From positions 1,488,001-1,552,000 of the forward strand of contig NC_086108.1 of NCBI RefSeq assembly GCF_963921235.1: a DNA stretch of 64,000 nucleotides, written 5' to 3'. Made by a program: the position numbers and the translations under genes. The notes under the pieces are model-generated. The model was not told the DNA's origin. It worked only from the letters and a program-made list of their open reading frames with translations, and searched no databases. The stretch comes from Mobula hypostoma. Its lineage: Eukaryota. This document shows, piece after piece, positions 12,590 through 24,450 of the stretch; within the stretch, counting starts at the first letter, position 1, and each line of letters begins with the position of its first letter.

Positions 12590-14129
12590 CTCTGAACTGA
12601 CTCCACAGCCAACAGACTCACTTTCAAGGACTCAACAACTCAAGTTCTTATTTTTTTTTGCACAATTTGTGTTACTTTATTTGTCTTCCTTTGCATATCA
12701 GTTGTTTGTCGGCCTTCATCAGAGGATCAGAGGTGGACAGGGTTAGCAACACTAAATTCTTCAGTGTTATCATTTCAGAGGGTCTCTCCTGGGCCCTATA
12801 ACTGTGGGGTCGAAACTGTCCTTGGGCTTGGTTTTTGCACCTCTTACCCAATGGGAGAGGGAAGAAGCGAGGATGTCCAAGGTGGGGTGGGGTGGGGTGG
12901 CACGATAGCGCAGTGAGCAGCACAGGTGACCCAGGTTCAATTCCCAAGGAGATTTGATGTTCTCCCTGTGACCTCAAGTGTTTAGTCTGAGTGCTCTGGT
13001 TTCCCTCCACATTCCAAAGACATACTGTTGGAAGGTTAATTGGCCATTGTAACTTGCCCCATGATTAGGGGTGTAGGGTGGTGGGTGGTGGGGGGGGGGT
13101 AGTTGCTGGGCATCATGGCTTGAAGGGCTAGAAGGGCCTATTCCACACTGTATCTCAATAAATAGATAAACTGCTTGTTTATGCTGGCAATCAGAGGAGT
13201 GTGCTGCATGTTATCAGGTTGTACTCACCCCAGCAAGTGGACAGTCTTCCATCACAGACCTTCCTTCACAATTCTTTGCTGTGGTACCATTAAAAGGCAT
13301 ATCCTTGATTCTTTCCCATGCGTGTTGGGACACTACTCAGCCGATAAGAACTTACTGTACAACTAATCCTCAATAAAACTCAACCAGGCCTTTGGATTTG
13401 TGGAACCCAACTCCCTCAGAAGCCAGAATAGGAAGGTGGGAGGAGAGGTTAGGAGTACCAGCTGGCAGGTGATAGGTGGTACGTGGGGGGCTGGAGATGG
13501 AGTAAGAGGCTGGGAGGTGATAGATGGAAGAGGTAAAGAACTGAAGGAGGAGGAATCTGACAGGAGAGGAGAGAGGACTGTGGGAGAAAGGGAAGGAGGA
13601 GGGGAACCAAAGGCAAGTGAGGAGAAGAGAGTGGGGTGAGAGGGAAGATGGAATTAGGAATGGAAAAAGGGAGAAGGGTGAGGGGAGAGAAATTTTAAAT
13701 TAGAGAAATTGAGGTACAGACTAGAGAGAGAATAAGAATCTTACATTGCACAACTCAGCCCTTCATGGAACTGTTATCACTCTGCGAAGCATCTGAGATT
13801 TGTACCATTGTGTTAGCCGTAGCTCAGTGGAAGACAGACTCAGCTAAATTAAGAGATTACAAGTCAGGACACACTGCATGGACCTAGGCGCACCATGTAG
13901 GCTGACTAGAGCAGCACAATAAGTGACGGAGGAACTCAACATGTCAGGCAGCATTTTTGAAGGGGAATAAACGGTCGATGTTCCAGTTCGTGACTCTTAA
14001 GTAGATCTGGGAAGGAAGGGGGCGGAAGCCACAATAAGGTGGGGAGAGGAGGGAAGGTGGACAATCTGGCAGGTGATAATCAGAGGAAGGCGATGGCCGG
14101 ATCATGAACACAAGGGGATAGCTATACTC

Positions 14130-14827
14130 ATTGGAGGAGGAGAAGATGGCGGCGCGAGGGCAGCGCGCGTGGCCTCTCCGGTGATGATATCTGTAATCTG
14201 TCAAGTAGGGTACCATGCACAATTCTGATTTGGTGGAGACAGATGTGAGAGTATGGAGGAACATCTGGAAAACTTCTGAAATGCCCACTTCACTGCCGCT
14301 GCTACTGTGTGGTCCAGAATCTCCGGAGCAGAAGGCCCCGAATCCTCGGCTTTGCTTGTTTGAGTAGCCGGGGAGAGGTCGAAGGCGCTCGGCAGAGGAT
14401 GGCTCTTGGGAGGCTGTATTGGAGAGGCTGGTCGGAGGCTTGAAGTTTTCAGATGGACGGACTCAGTGTCGGCTGTGGTCGGCTGCTTCCACGGCATCGG
14501 CAAGTTGACGGTGCCTGGAGGTTTATGGCAGGGAGTTTCTCCCTTTTGCCGCCTGCTATCAGGGACACGGGAGTCAATCGACTTGGGGACTTTGAGACTT
14601 TTTTTTTACTGTGCCCATGGTTTGTTCTTCATCAAATTATGGTATTGCTTTGCACTGCTGTAACTATATGTTATAATTATGTGGTTCTGTCAGTGTTAGT
14701 CTTTGGTTTGTCCTGTTTTCTGTGATATCACTCCGGAGAAACATTGTATCATTTCTTAATGCATGTATGCATTTCTAAATGACAATAAAAGAGGACTAAG
14801 TGTTCTCATAATCTAATCTAATCTAAT
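14130..14827 (+). mobile_element. CpG-rich non-coding retroelement with (ATCTA)n tail
   Basis: Starts GAAGATGGCGGCGCG, retains many CpGs, ends AATAAA...ATCTAATCTAATCTAA; no credible ORF. Confidence 0.55.
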
Positions 14828-15121
14828 TTAAGGACTCTGTTATATTGTTATTTCATGTTCATTATTTATTGCTATTTATTTATATCTGCATTTGTAGGGT
14901 TTATTTACAGTTCATAGTTCGTGATGTTTACAGTTTATAGTTACTGCTCTATAGATTTGCTAAGTATGCCCACAGAAAAGGAATTTATGTGGTCACTTGC
15001 ATGTACTCTGATAATAACTTTTACTTTGAACTTTGAGGGTGGGGTCAGGGAGGAGAAGGGGTGAGAGGTGTCATGTTTTTGTAATCCAAAACATTGAACT
15101 AATTGAAACATTGAACTACTA

Positions 15122-15585
15122 GAATGTTACCTGGGTTTTATCACCTAAGTTACAGAGAAAGGTTGAACAAGTTCGGTCTTTATTCTTTGGAACGTAGAAG
15201 GTTGAGGGGGGACTTGATAGAGGTGTTTAAAATTATGAGGGGGATAGATAGAGTTGATGCGGATAGGCTTTTTCCATTGAGAGTGGAGAAGATTCAAACA
15301 AGAGGACATGAGTTGAGAGTTAAAGGGCAAAAGTTTAGGGGTAACATGAGGGGGAACTTCTTTACTCAGAGAGTGGTAGCTGTGTGGAACGAGCTTCCAG
15401 CAGAAGTGGTAGAGGCAGGTTTGATGTTGTCATTTAAAGTTAAATTGGACAGCTATATGGACAGGAGTGGAATGGAGGGTTATGGGCTGAGTGCAGGTCG
15501 GTGGAACTAGGTGAGAGTTTGAGCTCGGCACGGACTAGGAGGGCCGAGATGGCCGGTCTCCGTGCTGTAATTGTTATATGGTTAC
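15122..15585 (+). mobile_element. CR1 3' fragment, different subfamily
   Basis: ORF 15124..15510 (LSYRERL...RRLRGDLIEVFKIMRG...FFTQRVVAVWNELP). Confidence 0.85.
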
Positions 15586-15619
15586 ATGAAAGGAAGGCAA
15601 GGGAGCTGAGAGACGTGAA

Positions 15620-18600
15620 CCTTATGTGTCAATGCAAGGAGCATTCGTAATAAGGTGGATGAATTGAAAGTGCAGATTGTTATTAATGATTATGATATAG
15701 TTGGGATCACAGAGACATGGCTCCAGGGTGACCAGGGATGGGAGCTCAACGTTCAGGGATATTCAATATTCAGGAGGGATAGACATGAAGGAAGGGGAGG
15801 TGGGGTGGCGTTGCTGGTTAAAGAAGAGATTAACGCAATAGAAAGGAAGGACATAAGCCGGGAAGATGTGGAATCGATATGGGTAGAGCTGCGTAACACT
15901 AAGGGGCAGAAGACGCTGGTGGGAGTTCTGTACAGGCCACCTAACAGTAGCAGTGAGGTCGGAGATGGTATTAAACAGGAAATTAGAAATGTGTGCAATA
16001 AAGGAACAGCAGTTATAATGCAAACAACAGGAATTCTGCAGATGCTGGAAATTCAAGCAACATACATCAAAGTTGCTGGTGAACGCAGCAGGCCAAGCAG
16101 CATCTATAGGAAGAGGCGCAGTCGACGTTTCAGGCCGAGACCCTTCGTTAGGACTCATAATGGGTGACTTCAATCTACATGTAGATTGGGTGAACCAAAT
16201 TGGTAAAGGTGCTGAGGAAGAGGATTTCTTGGAATGTATGCGGGATGGTTTTTTGAACCAACATGTCGAGGAACCAACTAGAGAGCAGGCTATTCTGGAC
16301 TGGGTTTTGAGCAATGAGGAAGGGTTAATTAGCGATCTTGTCGTGAGAGGCCCCTTGGGTAAGAGTGACCATAATATGGTGAAATTCTTCATTAAGATGG
16401 AGAGTGACATAGTTAATTCAGAAACAAAGGTTCTGAACTTAAAGAGGGGTAACTTTGAAGGTATGAGACGTGAATTAGCTAAGATAGACTGGCAAATGAC
16501 ACTTAAAGGATTGACGGTGGATATGCAATGGCAAGCATTTAAAGGTTGCATGGATGAACTACAACAATTGTTCATCCCAGTTTGGCAAAAGAATAAATCA
16601 AGGAAGGTAGTGCACCCGTGGCTGACAAGAGAAATTAGGGACAGTATCAATTCCAAAGAAGAAGCATACAAATTAGCCAGAGAAAGTGGCTCACCTGAGG
16701 ACTGGGAGAAATTCAGAGTTCAGCAGAGGAGGACAAAGGGCTTAATTAGGAAGGGGAAAAAAGATTATGAGAGAAAACTGGCGGGGAACATAAAAACGGA
16801 CTGTAAAAGCTTTTATAGGTATGTAAAAAGGAAAAGACTGGTAAAGACAAATGTAGGTCCCCTGCAGACAGAAACAGGTGAATTGATTATGGGGAGCAAG
16901 GACATGGCAGACCAATTGAATAATTACTTTGGTTCTGTCTTCACTAAGGAGGACATAAATAATCTTCCAGAAATAGTAAGGGACAGAGGGTCCAGTGAGA
17001 TGGAGGAACTGAGCGAAATACTTGTTAGTAGGGAAGTGGTGTTAGGTAAATTGAAGGGATTAAAGGCAGATAAATCCCCAGGGCCAGATGGTCTGCATCC
17101 TAGAGTGCTTAAGGAAGTAGCCCAAGAAATAGTCGATGCATTAGTGATAATTTTTCAAAACTCGTTAGATTCTGGACTAGTTCCTGAGGATTGGAGGGTG
17201 GCTAATGTAACTCCATTTTTTAGAAAAGGAGGGAGAGAGAAACCGGGGAATTATAGACCAGTTAGCCTAATGTCGGTGGTGGGGAAACTGCTGGAGTCAG
17301 TTATCAAGGATGTGATAACAGCACATTTGGAAAGCGGTGAAATGATCGGACAAAGTCAGCATGGATTTGTGAAAGGAAAATCATGTCTGAGGAATCTCAT
17401 AGAATTTTTTGAGGATGTAACTAGTAGAGTGGATAGGGGAGAACCAGTGGATGTGGTATATTTGGATTTTCAAAAGGCTTTTGACAAGGTCCCACACAGG
17501 AGATTAGTGTGCAAACTTAAAGCACACGGTATTGGGGGTAAGGTATTGGTGTGGGTGGAGAATTGGTTAGCAGACAGGAAGCAAAGAGTGGGAATAAACG
17601 GGACCTTTTCAGAATGGCAGGCGGTGACTAGTGGGGTACTGCAAGGCTCAGTGCTGGGACCCCAGTTGTTTACAATATATATTAATGACTTGGATGAGGG
17701 AATTAAATGCAGCATCTCCAAGTTTGTGGATGACACGAAGCTGGGTGGCAGTGTTAGCAGTGAGGAGGATGCTAAGAGGATGCAGGGTGACTTGGATAGG
17801 TTGGGTGAGTGGGCAAATTCATGGCAGATGCAATTTAATGTGGATAAATGTGAAGTTATCCACTTTGGTGGCAAAAATAGGAAAACAGATTATTATCCGA
17901 ATGGTGGCCGATTAGGAAAAGGGGAGGTGCAACGAGACCTGGGTGTCATTATACACCAGTCATTGAAAGTGGGCATGCAGGTACAGCAGGCGGTGAAAAA
18001 GGCGAATGGTATGCTGGCATTTATAGCGAGAGGATTCGAGTACAGGAGCAGGGAGGTACTACTGCAGTTGTACAAGGCCTTGGTGAGACCACACCTGGAG
18101 TATTGTGTGCAGTTTTGGTCCCCTAATCTGAGGAAAGACATCCTTGCCTTAGAGGGAGTACAAAGAAGGTTCACCAGATTGATTCCTGGGATGGCAGGAC
18201 TTTCATATGATGAAAGACTGGATGAACTGGGCTTGTACTCGTTGGAATTAAGAAGATTGAGGGGGGATCTGATTGAAACGTATAAAATCCTAAAGGGATT
18301 GGACAGGCTAGATGCAGGAAGATTGTTCTCAATGTTGGGGAAGTCCAGAACGAGGGGCCACAGTTTGAGAATAGAGGGGAAGCCTTTTAGGACCGAGATT
18401 AGGAAAAACTTCTTCACACAGAGAGTGGTGAATATGTGGAATTCTCTGCCACAGGAAACAGTTGAGGCCAGTTGATTGGCTATATTTAAGAGGGAGTTAG
18501 ATATGGCCCTTGTGGCTACAGGGGTCACGGGGTATGGAGGGAAGGCTGGGGCGGGGTTCTGAGTTGGATGATCAGCCATGATCATAATAAATGGCGGTGC

Positions 18601-18658
18601 AGGCTCAAAGGGCCGAATGGCCTACTCCTGCACCTATTTTCTATGTTTCTATGTTTCT
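15620..18658 (+). mobile_element. Young CR1 LINE with near-complete ORF2, inactivated
   Basis: Starts at the APE N-terminus (NARSIRNKVDEL). Interrupted by a 136-bp insert at 16021-16156. RT motif reads FVDD. Premature TGA at 18473-18475 (TCA in the other copy). (TTCTATGT)n tail. Confidence 0.95.
16021..16156 (-). mobile_element. Penelope-like terminal-repeat fragment inserted in CR1, 6-bp TSD
   Basis: ATAATG duplicated at 16015-16020 and 16157-16162; the empty site is seen in the 115-2910 copy. Carries a hammerhead-like motif and matches 50443-50545. Confidence 0.8.
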
Positions 18659-19099
18659 TATTTCATTTTTTTACTTTAAGTGAGCTGGTGTGATTACGTA
18701 TGCTTTTACAGTTAATCTGCAATACATTCACCCAGAGTGTCAAACTGATTGTCTTGCCATCGTTATATTACAACAAACAGAAAGTGCTGGAGGAACTCAG
18801 CAGGTCGGGCAGCATCTAATAAGGGAAAAAATCAGTTGACATTTTCGGCTGAGACCTTTCATCAGGACTGGAAAGGAAGGGGGCAGAACCAGAATGAGAT
18901 CAAAGTTCAAAGTACATGCACATTAAAGTGTGTAGGTGAGGGGTAGAAACTTCAGGGGAGTTCATGCCGACGTGGGAAGAATTGGCTTTTCAGAAAAGTT
19001 GGTGAAGGAAAAAAGCTGAGCTGAGCGCTAGCATAAGCTCAATGGGCCAAATGGCCTCACTCTGGAATTAAAACTCAATACATCTTCTGTAATAAAGAA

Positions 19100-20039
19100 T
19101 CAGTCTTATTTTTATTGTAAATGTTTCACATTCTGTTGCAAGGTGCTAAAAAAAATTACAGACAGCTGTTGTCTTCTACATTTCCAATCAAAATTTAAGT
19201 TAAATTATTTACAGTACATACAGTATATACAAAGAACTTCTTCATAACTGAGACTTACAGCCAAGTTTGCTACACTGATATTTACAACATCTTCTCACCC
19301 CTGCGCACTTTGGCATGGTACTGAAGTCTGGTTTACCTCATCCACAGTCCAGATGGTCAATATTCTTCACCACTTCTTTTAAAATCCCACTTGTGTGTTG
19401 TCAACATTGTTAGACAAGGAGACAGAGAGAGGTGGTCAGGTCGTCAGTTGTGATTTTACCAAGAAGTGGGGGAGGGTGCGGGCTGAGGTTTTGGAAGGGG
19501 GCCGGCGTGCTGAGGCCAAGACAGCTGAAGACACACTCCCAGTGTTGGAGAGATGAGCACTGGTGATAACCAGCAGATTATAATTAGAACAAGGATTTGA
19601 GGGAGATGAATGGACAAAGAAGGACACAGAGGCACAGAGCGGAGGCATTCAAAAATAATGATGGTGGGCGGCGGAATGGAAGAAGGCCCAGGCCTGGTCT
19701 GGGGCCTGTGTTCCAGGAACTCTTGCTGTTGGTTTGTGTTGGGTTCTGGGGATGAAGGACTGCTTGATCGGAACACTAAAACATTCCGCCCCTTCCACCA
19801 TCACCACCTCAGAAGGAGCAATGCCCTCAGATTAAGAGAGCCAGATTAGGCTGGTGGGAAGGATGCCTAGCCTGCAATTGTCTGAGGAAACAAAGCCCCA
19901 CCAGGACAGGGAAAGGAGGGGAAACCAACAGGACCTTCACATCTTTGATGACTCTCAGTTCCTCTTCAGCTCTTTACAAGTCAACTCGATAGTCACTGGT
20001 TTCTTAGTCCGGTAACATCCAGAGATCAGGGACCATATC
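19100..20039 (-). other. Probable terminal 3'UTR segment of relb
   Basis: Non-repetitive block. The minus strand has AATAAA at 19111-19116, preceded by an AU-rich stretch with three TGTAHATA motifs. Possible acceptor TGTTACAG| at 20040-20041. Confidence 0.5.
19111..19116 (-). terminator. Candidate polyadenylation signal AATAAA
   Basis: Plus-strand TTTATT at the end of a 3'UTR-like AU-rich block, in relb orientation. Confidence 0.5.
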
Positions 20040-21649
20040 CTGTAACAGCTCCCTGCCTTTGGTAGGATTCAACAAGTAAACACTGGTTTCAACAACAAAT
20101 GGTTACTCTACACCCAGGGTTTGTGCCATGGACCAATACCATTAAGCAAGAAGTCTGTGGACCCCAGGCTGGGAACCCCTGCTCTACACACATCCCTTGC
20201 ACCCTGAATGAGCATACATAAGAATGTTGGACTGTGTAGGATTACCTACAGTGAGAAGCTGACCAGGCAAGGGCTTAATTCCTTGGAGCGTAGGACAGCT
20301 TACAGAGGTGTATAATATCATGAGCGGTATAGGCAGGGTGGATGCACTCAGTCTTTTCCCCAGGGTTGGAGAAATCAAGAATGAGAGGATGTAGGTTTAA
20401 ACTGAGGGAGATTTGAGAGAAAACTCAGGCTCCCACTCCTCCCAGAGGACCACACCCTTGTCTGGGGGTTCGGAGGCTCGCGTGCCTCAATGACCCGGAG
20501 AGCTGTGACGGCTGGAGTTTGGGCTTTTTGCTTTGGCTCTTGGTAGGGTCACCCATGCCGAACAGGTCAAAGGGTAGAGGCCCAGACTAAGAGTGCTCCA
20601 TCAGTCCTCCAGCTTCTTTGCTGCCCTAAATGCCAGCAGGATAACAGGCAGTGAGCAAGTCAAGCTCCTATTAAGTTGGGGCGGTATGGAGGCATAACAG
20701 TTAACATAATACTATTACAGTGCGATTCAATTCCCACTGCTGTCTGCGAGGAGTTTGTACGTTTGCCCTGTAACCACACGGGTTTCTACCCGGTGCTCCG
20801 GGTTCAATTCCCACTGCTGTCTGCGAGGAGTTTGTACGTTTGCCCTGTAACCACACGGGTTTCTACCCGGTGCTCCAGTCTCCTCCCACAATCTGAGGGC
20901 GCACCAGTTGGTAGACTAGTTGGTCACATGTGACTCCAAGGGCCTGTTCCCCCCGTTGTATCTCTAAAATGAAACAATCCTTTTAAAACACATAAATTGT
21001 GACGTGTATGTGGAAGGAGCCACCCAAAGGAAGTGGTTGAGGTAGGTACAATAATTTGTATTTATTTATTTAGAGATACAGCATGGGACAGGCCCTTCTA
21101 ACCCAATGAGCGTCATCATCAGGCAACCCTATGACTTAACCCCAGCCTAATCACAGGACAAATTACAATGACTAATTAACCTACCAACTGGTACGTCTTT
21201 GGACTGTGGGAGGAAACCAGAGAATGCAGTCACAGGGAGAATGTACAAACTCCTTACAGAGAACACTGGTGTTGAACTGCTAACTCTGATGTCCCGAGCT
21301 GTAATAGCATTGTGCTAACCACCACACTACTGTGGCACCCAACAACTTTTAACATACAGCCAGACAGCTTTAGAAAGTTATGGGCCAAAGGCTGACACAT
21401 GAGACCAGCTTGGCTGGTCTGGATCAGATGGGCTGAAGGGCTGTTTCCACATTGTACAATTCCATGAACTTTGTGAGAGACAGAAGGCACCTATCATTGG
21501 TCTTTCAGGAGATACCAATAACACCTTAATCTTAGCATTAGCTCCAAACCTTTCCCTCCAGTGTACCAGTGGAGATCTATTGTGATCATCACTTTCTGAA
21601 GGCAATTAGTTGTAAAAGGTCAAGCTCCTGAGCCACACACAGCTTAGAC

Positions 21650-24450
21650 CACAAGATATAGAATTAGGCCATTTTGTCCATTGACTCTGCTCCGCCATTT
21701 CCCTCTCAGCCCCAATCTCCTGCCTTCTCCCCATATCCCTTCATGCCCTGACCAATCACGAATCTATCAATCTCTGCCTTACATACACATAACCTCCACA
21801 GCCACCAGTAGCAACAAATTCCACAGATTCACCACCCTCTGGCTAAAGAAGTTCCTTCTCATCTCTGTTCTAAATGGACACTCCTCCATTCTGAGGCTGT
21901 GTCCTCTGATCTTGGAGTCTCTCGCCATAGGAAACCGCTTCTCCACAAACCACACTATTGAGGCCTTTCAACATTTGATAGGTTTCAATGAGATCTGCCT
22001 TCATTCTTCTGAATTCCAGTGAATACAGGCCGAGAGCCCTCAAACGCTCTTCATATGATAAGCCTTTCAATCCCGGAATCATTTTTGTGAGCCTCTTTTG
22101 ACCTTCTCCAATGTCAGCACATCCTTTCCTAGATAAGGGGACCAAAACTGCTCACAGTACTCCAAGTGAGGCCTCACCAGTGCTTTATAAAGCCACAAAC
22201 GTACCCTTTCAGTTGCATTTTTCTGATTTATAAAGACAGAGCCATTTCGGACATTAAAGTTCAAAACATATACAAAATGATGAGAGGCATAGGTGTACAA
22301 GACGATAAGATTCAGAGATTGAGTAGATAGCCGATGACTTCTTCCCAGAGTGGAAATGGCTAATAAAATGGGGCATGAATTTAAGATGATTGGAGGATGT
22401 CAGAGATAGCTATTGTTTTTTTAAATTACATTGGGTGCGTGGAACACCTTTCTAGGGGTGATGGGAGAGATAGGTATATTAAAGACGTTGATGAGTCTAT
22501 TAGACAGGTATATCAGGTATATGAATGATGGAGGGTAATGTAGTAGAATGAGTGGCGGAGTGGAGATCATCTCTCCCAAAGGAGGTGTAAGGTGTTCCTT
22601 CCCTCTGCTGGCTTGCAGGTCTCCCTTGGGCAAGGTGTTGAATCCGCTTAGCCCCTCTCCCTCCCTCCCTCACCCCCCCCCAATCAGGGTCACGCAAATT
22701 CCTGGGAGCAGGCGGTGGATGGTTATACGAGCAGCTGGAGCATATAGAAACACAGGAACATAGAAAACCTACAACACAATACAGGCTCTTCGGCCCACAA
22801 AGCTGTGCCGAACATGTCCCTACCTTAGAAATTACTAGGCTTACCCATAGCTCTCTATTTTTCTAAGCTCTATGTACCTATCCAAAAGTCTCTTAAAAGA
22901 CCCTATCGTATCTGCCTCCACCACCGTTGCCGGCAGCCCATTCCACACACTCACCACTCTCTGTGTAAAAAAACTTACCCCTGACAACTCTGTACCTACT
23001 TCCCAGCACCTTAAACCTGTGTCCTCTTGTGGCAACCATTTCAGCCCTGGGAAAAAGCCTCTGACTATCCACACGATCAATGCCTCTCATCATCTTATAC
23101 ACCTCTTTCAGGTCACCTCTCATCCTCCGTCACTCCAGGCATGCTCCCCAATCCAGGCAACATCCTTGTAAATCTCCTCTGCACCATTTCTATGGCTTCC
23201 ACATCCTTCCTGTAGTGAGGCGACCAGAACTGAGCACAGTACTCTAAGTGGGGTCTGACCAGGGTCCTATATAGCTGCAACATTACCTCTCGGCTCCTCA
23301 ATTCAATTCCACGATTGATGAAGGCCAATACACCGTACACCCTTTTAACCACAGAATCAACCTGCGTAGCAGCTTTGAGTGTCCTATGGACTCAGACCCC
23401 AAGATCCCTCTGATCCTCCACACTGACAAGAGTCTTACCATTAATACTATATTCTGCCATCATATTTGACCTACTAAAATGAACCACTTCTCACTTATCT
23501 GGGTTGAACTCCATCTGCCACTTCTCAGTCCAGTTTTGCATCCTATCAGTGTCGGCTGTAACCTCTGACAGCACTCCACACTACCCACAACACCTCCAAC
23601 TTCTGTGTCATCAGCAAACTTACTAACCCATCCCTCCACTTCCTCATCCAGGTCATTTATAAAAATCACAAGTCCTGGTTATGTGACCACTGACACCAGG
23701 CAGACAATCTCTGAAGAGTACTGATAATGGTTGGGGTGACCTGTCTTGTAAAGACATTGCCTTGAAGAAGGCAATGGCAAACCTCTTCTGTAGAAAAAAT
23801 TTCCAAGGACAATCACAGTCATGGAAAGAAGGGAAATGGAATGTTGGCCTTCATTGCTAGAGGGATTGAATTCAAGAGCAGGGAGGTCATGCTGCAACTG
23901 TACAGGGTACTGGTGAGGCCACATCTGGGGGTACTGTGTGCAGTTCTGGTCTCCATACTTGAGGAAGGATATACTGGCTTTGGAGGCAGTGCAGAGGAGG
24001 TTCACCAGGTTGATTCCAGAGATGAGGGGGTTAGTCTACGAGGAGAGGTGGAGTTGCCTCGGACTGTACTTGCTGGAATTTAGAAGGATGAGAGGAGATC
24101 TTATAGAAACATAAAATTATGAAAGGGATAGATAAGACAGAGGCAGGAAATTTGTTTCCATTGGTAGGTGAGACTAGAACTAGGGGACATATCCTTAAGA
24201 TTTGGGGGAAGTGATTTAGGATGGAGATGAGGAGGAACTGCTTTTTCCAGAGAGTGGTGAGTCTGTGGGATTCTCTGCCCAATGAAGCAGTGGAGGCTAG
24301 CTCAGTAAATATACTTAAGAGAAGGCTGGATAGATTTTTGCATAGTAGGGGAATTAAGGGTTGTGGGGAAAAGGCAGGTAGGTGGAGATGTGTCCAGCCA
24401 TGATTGTATTGATGGCCGGCTCCTGCTCCTATTCCTTATGTTCTTATGAT
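21650..24450. mobile_element. Cluster of degraded CR1 RT/3' fragments in both orientations
   Basis: ORF remnants 21870..22145(-), 22893..23352(-), 23460..23669(-) and 23841..24403(+), all CR1 C-terminal motifs. Confidence 0.8.

Noticed and set aside
16073..18475. 800-aa ORF as an intact novel fusion protein
   Set aside because: The N-terminal ~28 aa come from a chance in-frame read of the 136-bp insert. The endonuclease is split and the C-terminus is cut by a premature stop.
15763..18585. Long minus-strand ORFs (302, 134, 230 aa) and their equivalents at 147-2835
   Set aside because: Antisense shadows of CR1 ORF2, repeated in each copy, with no independent homology.
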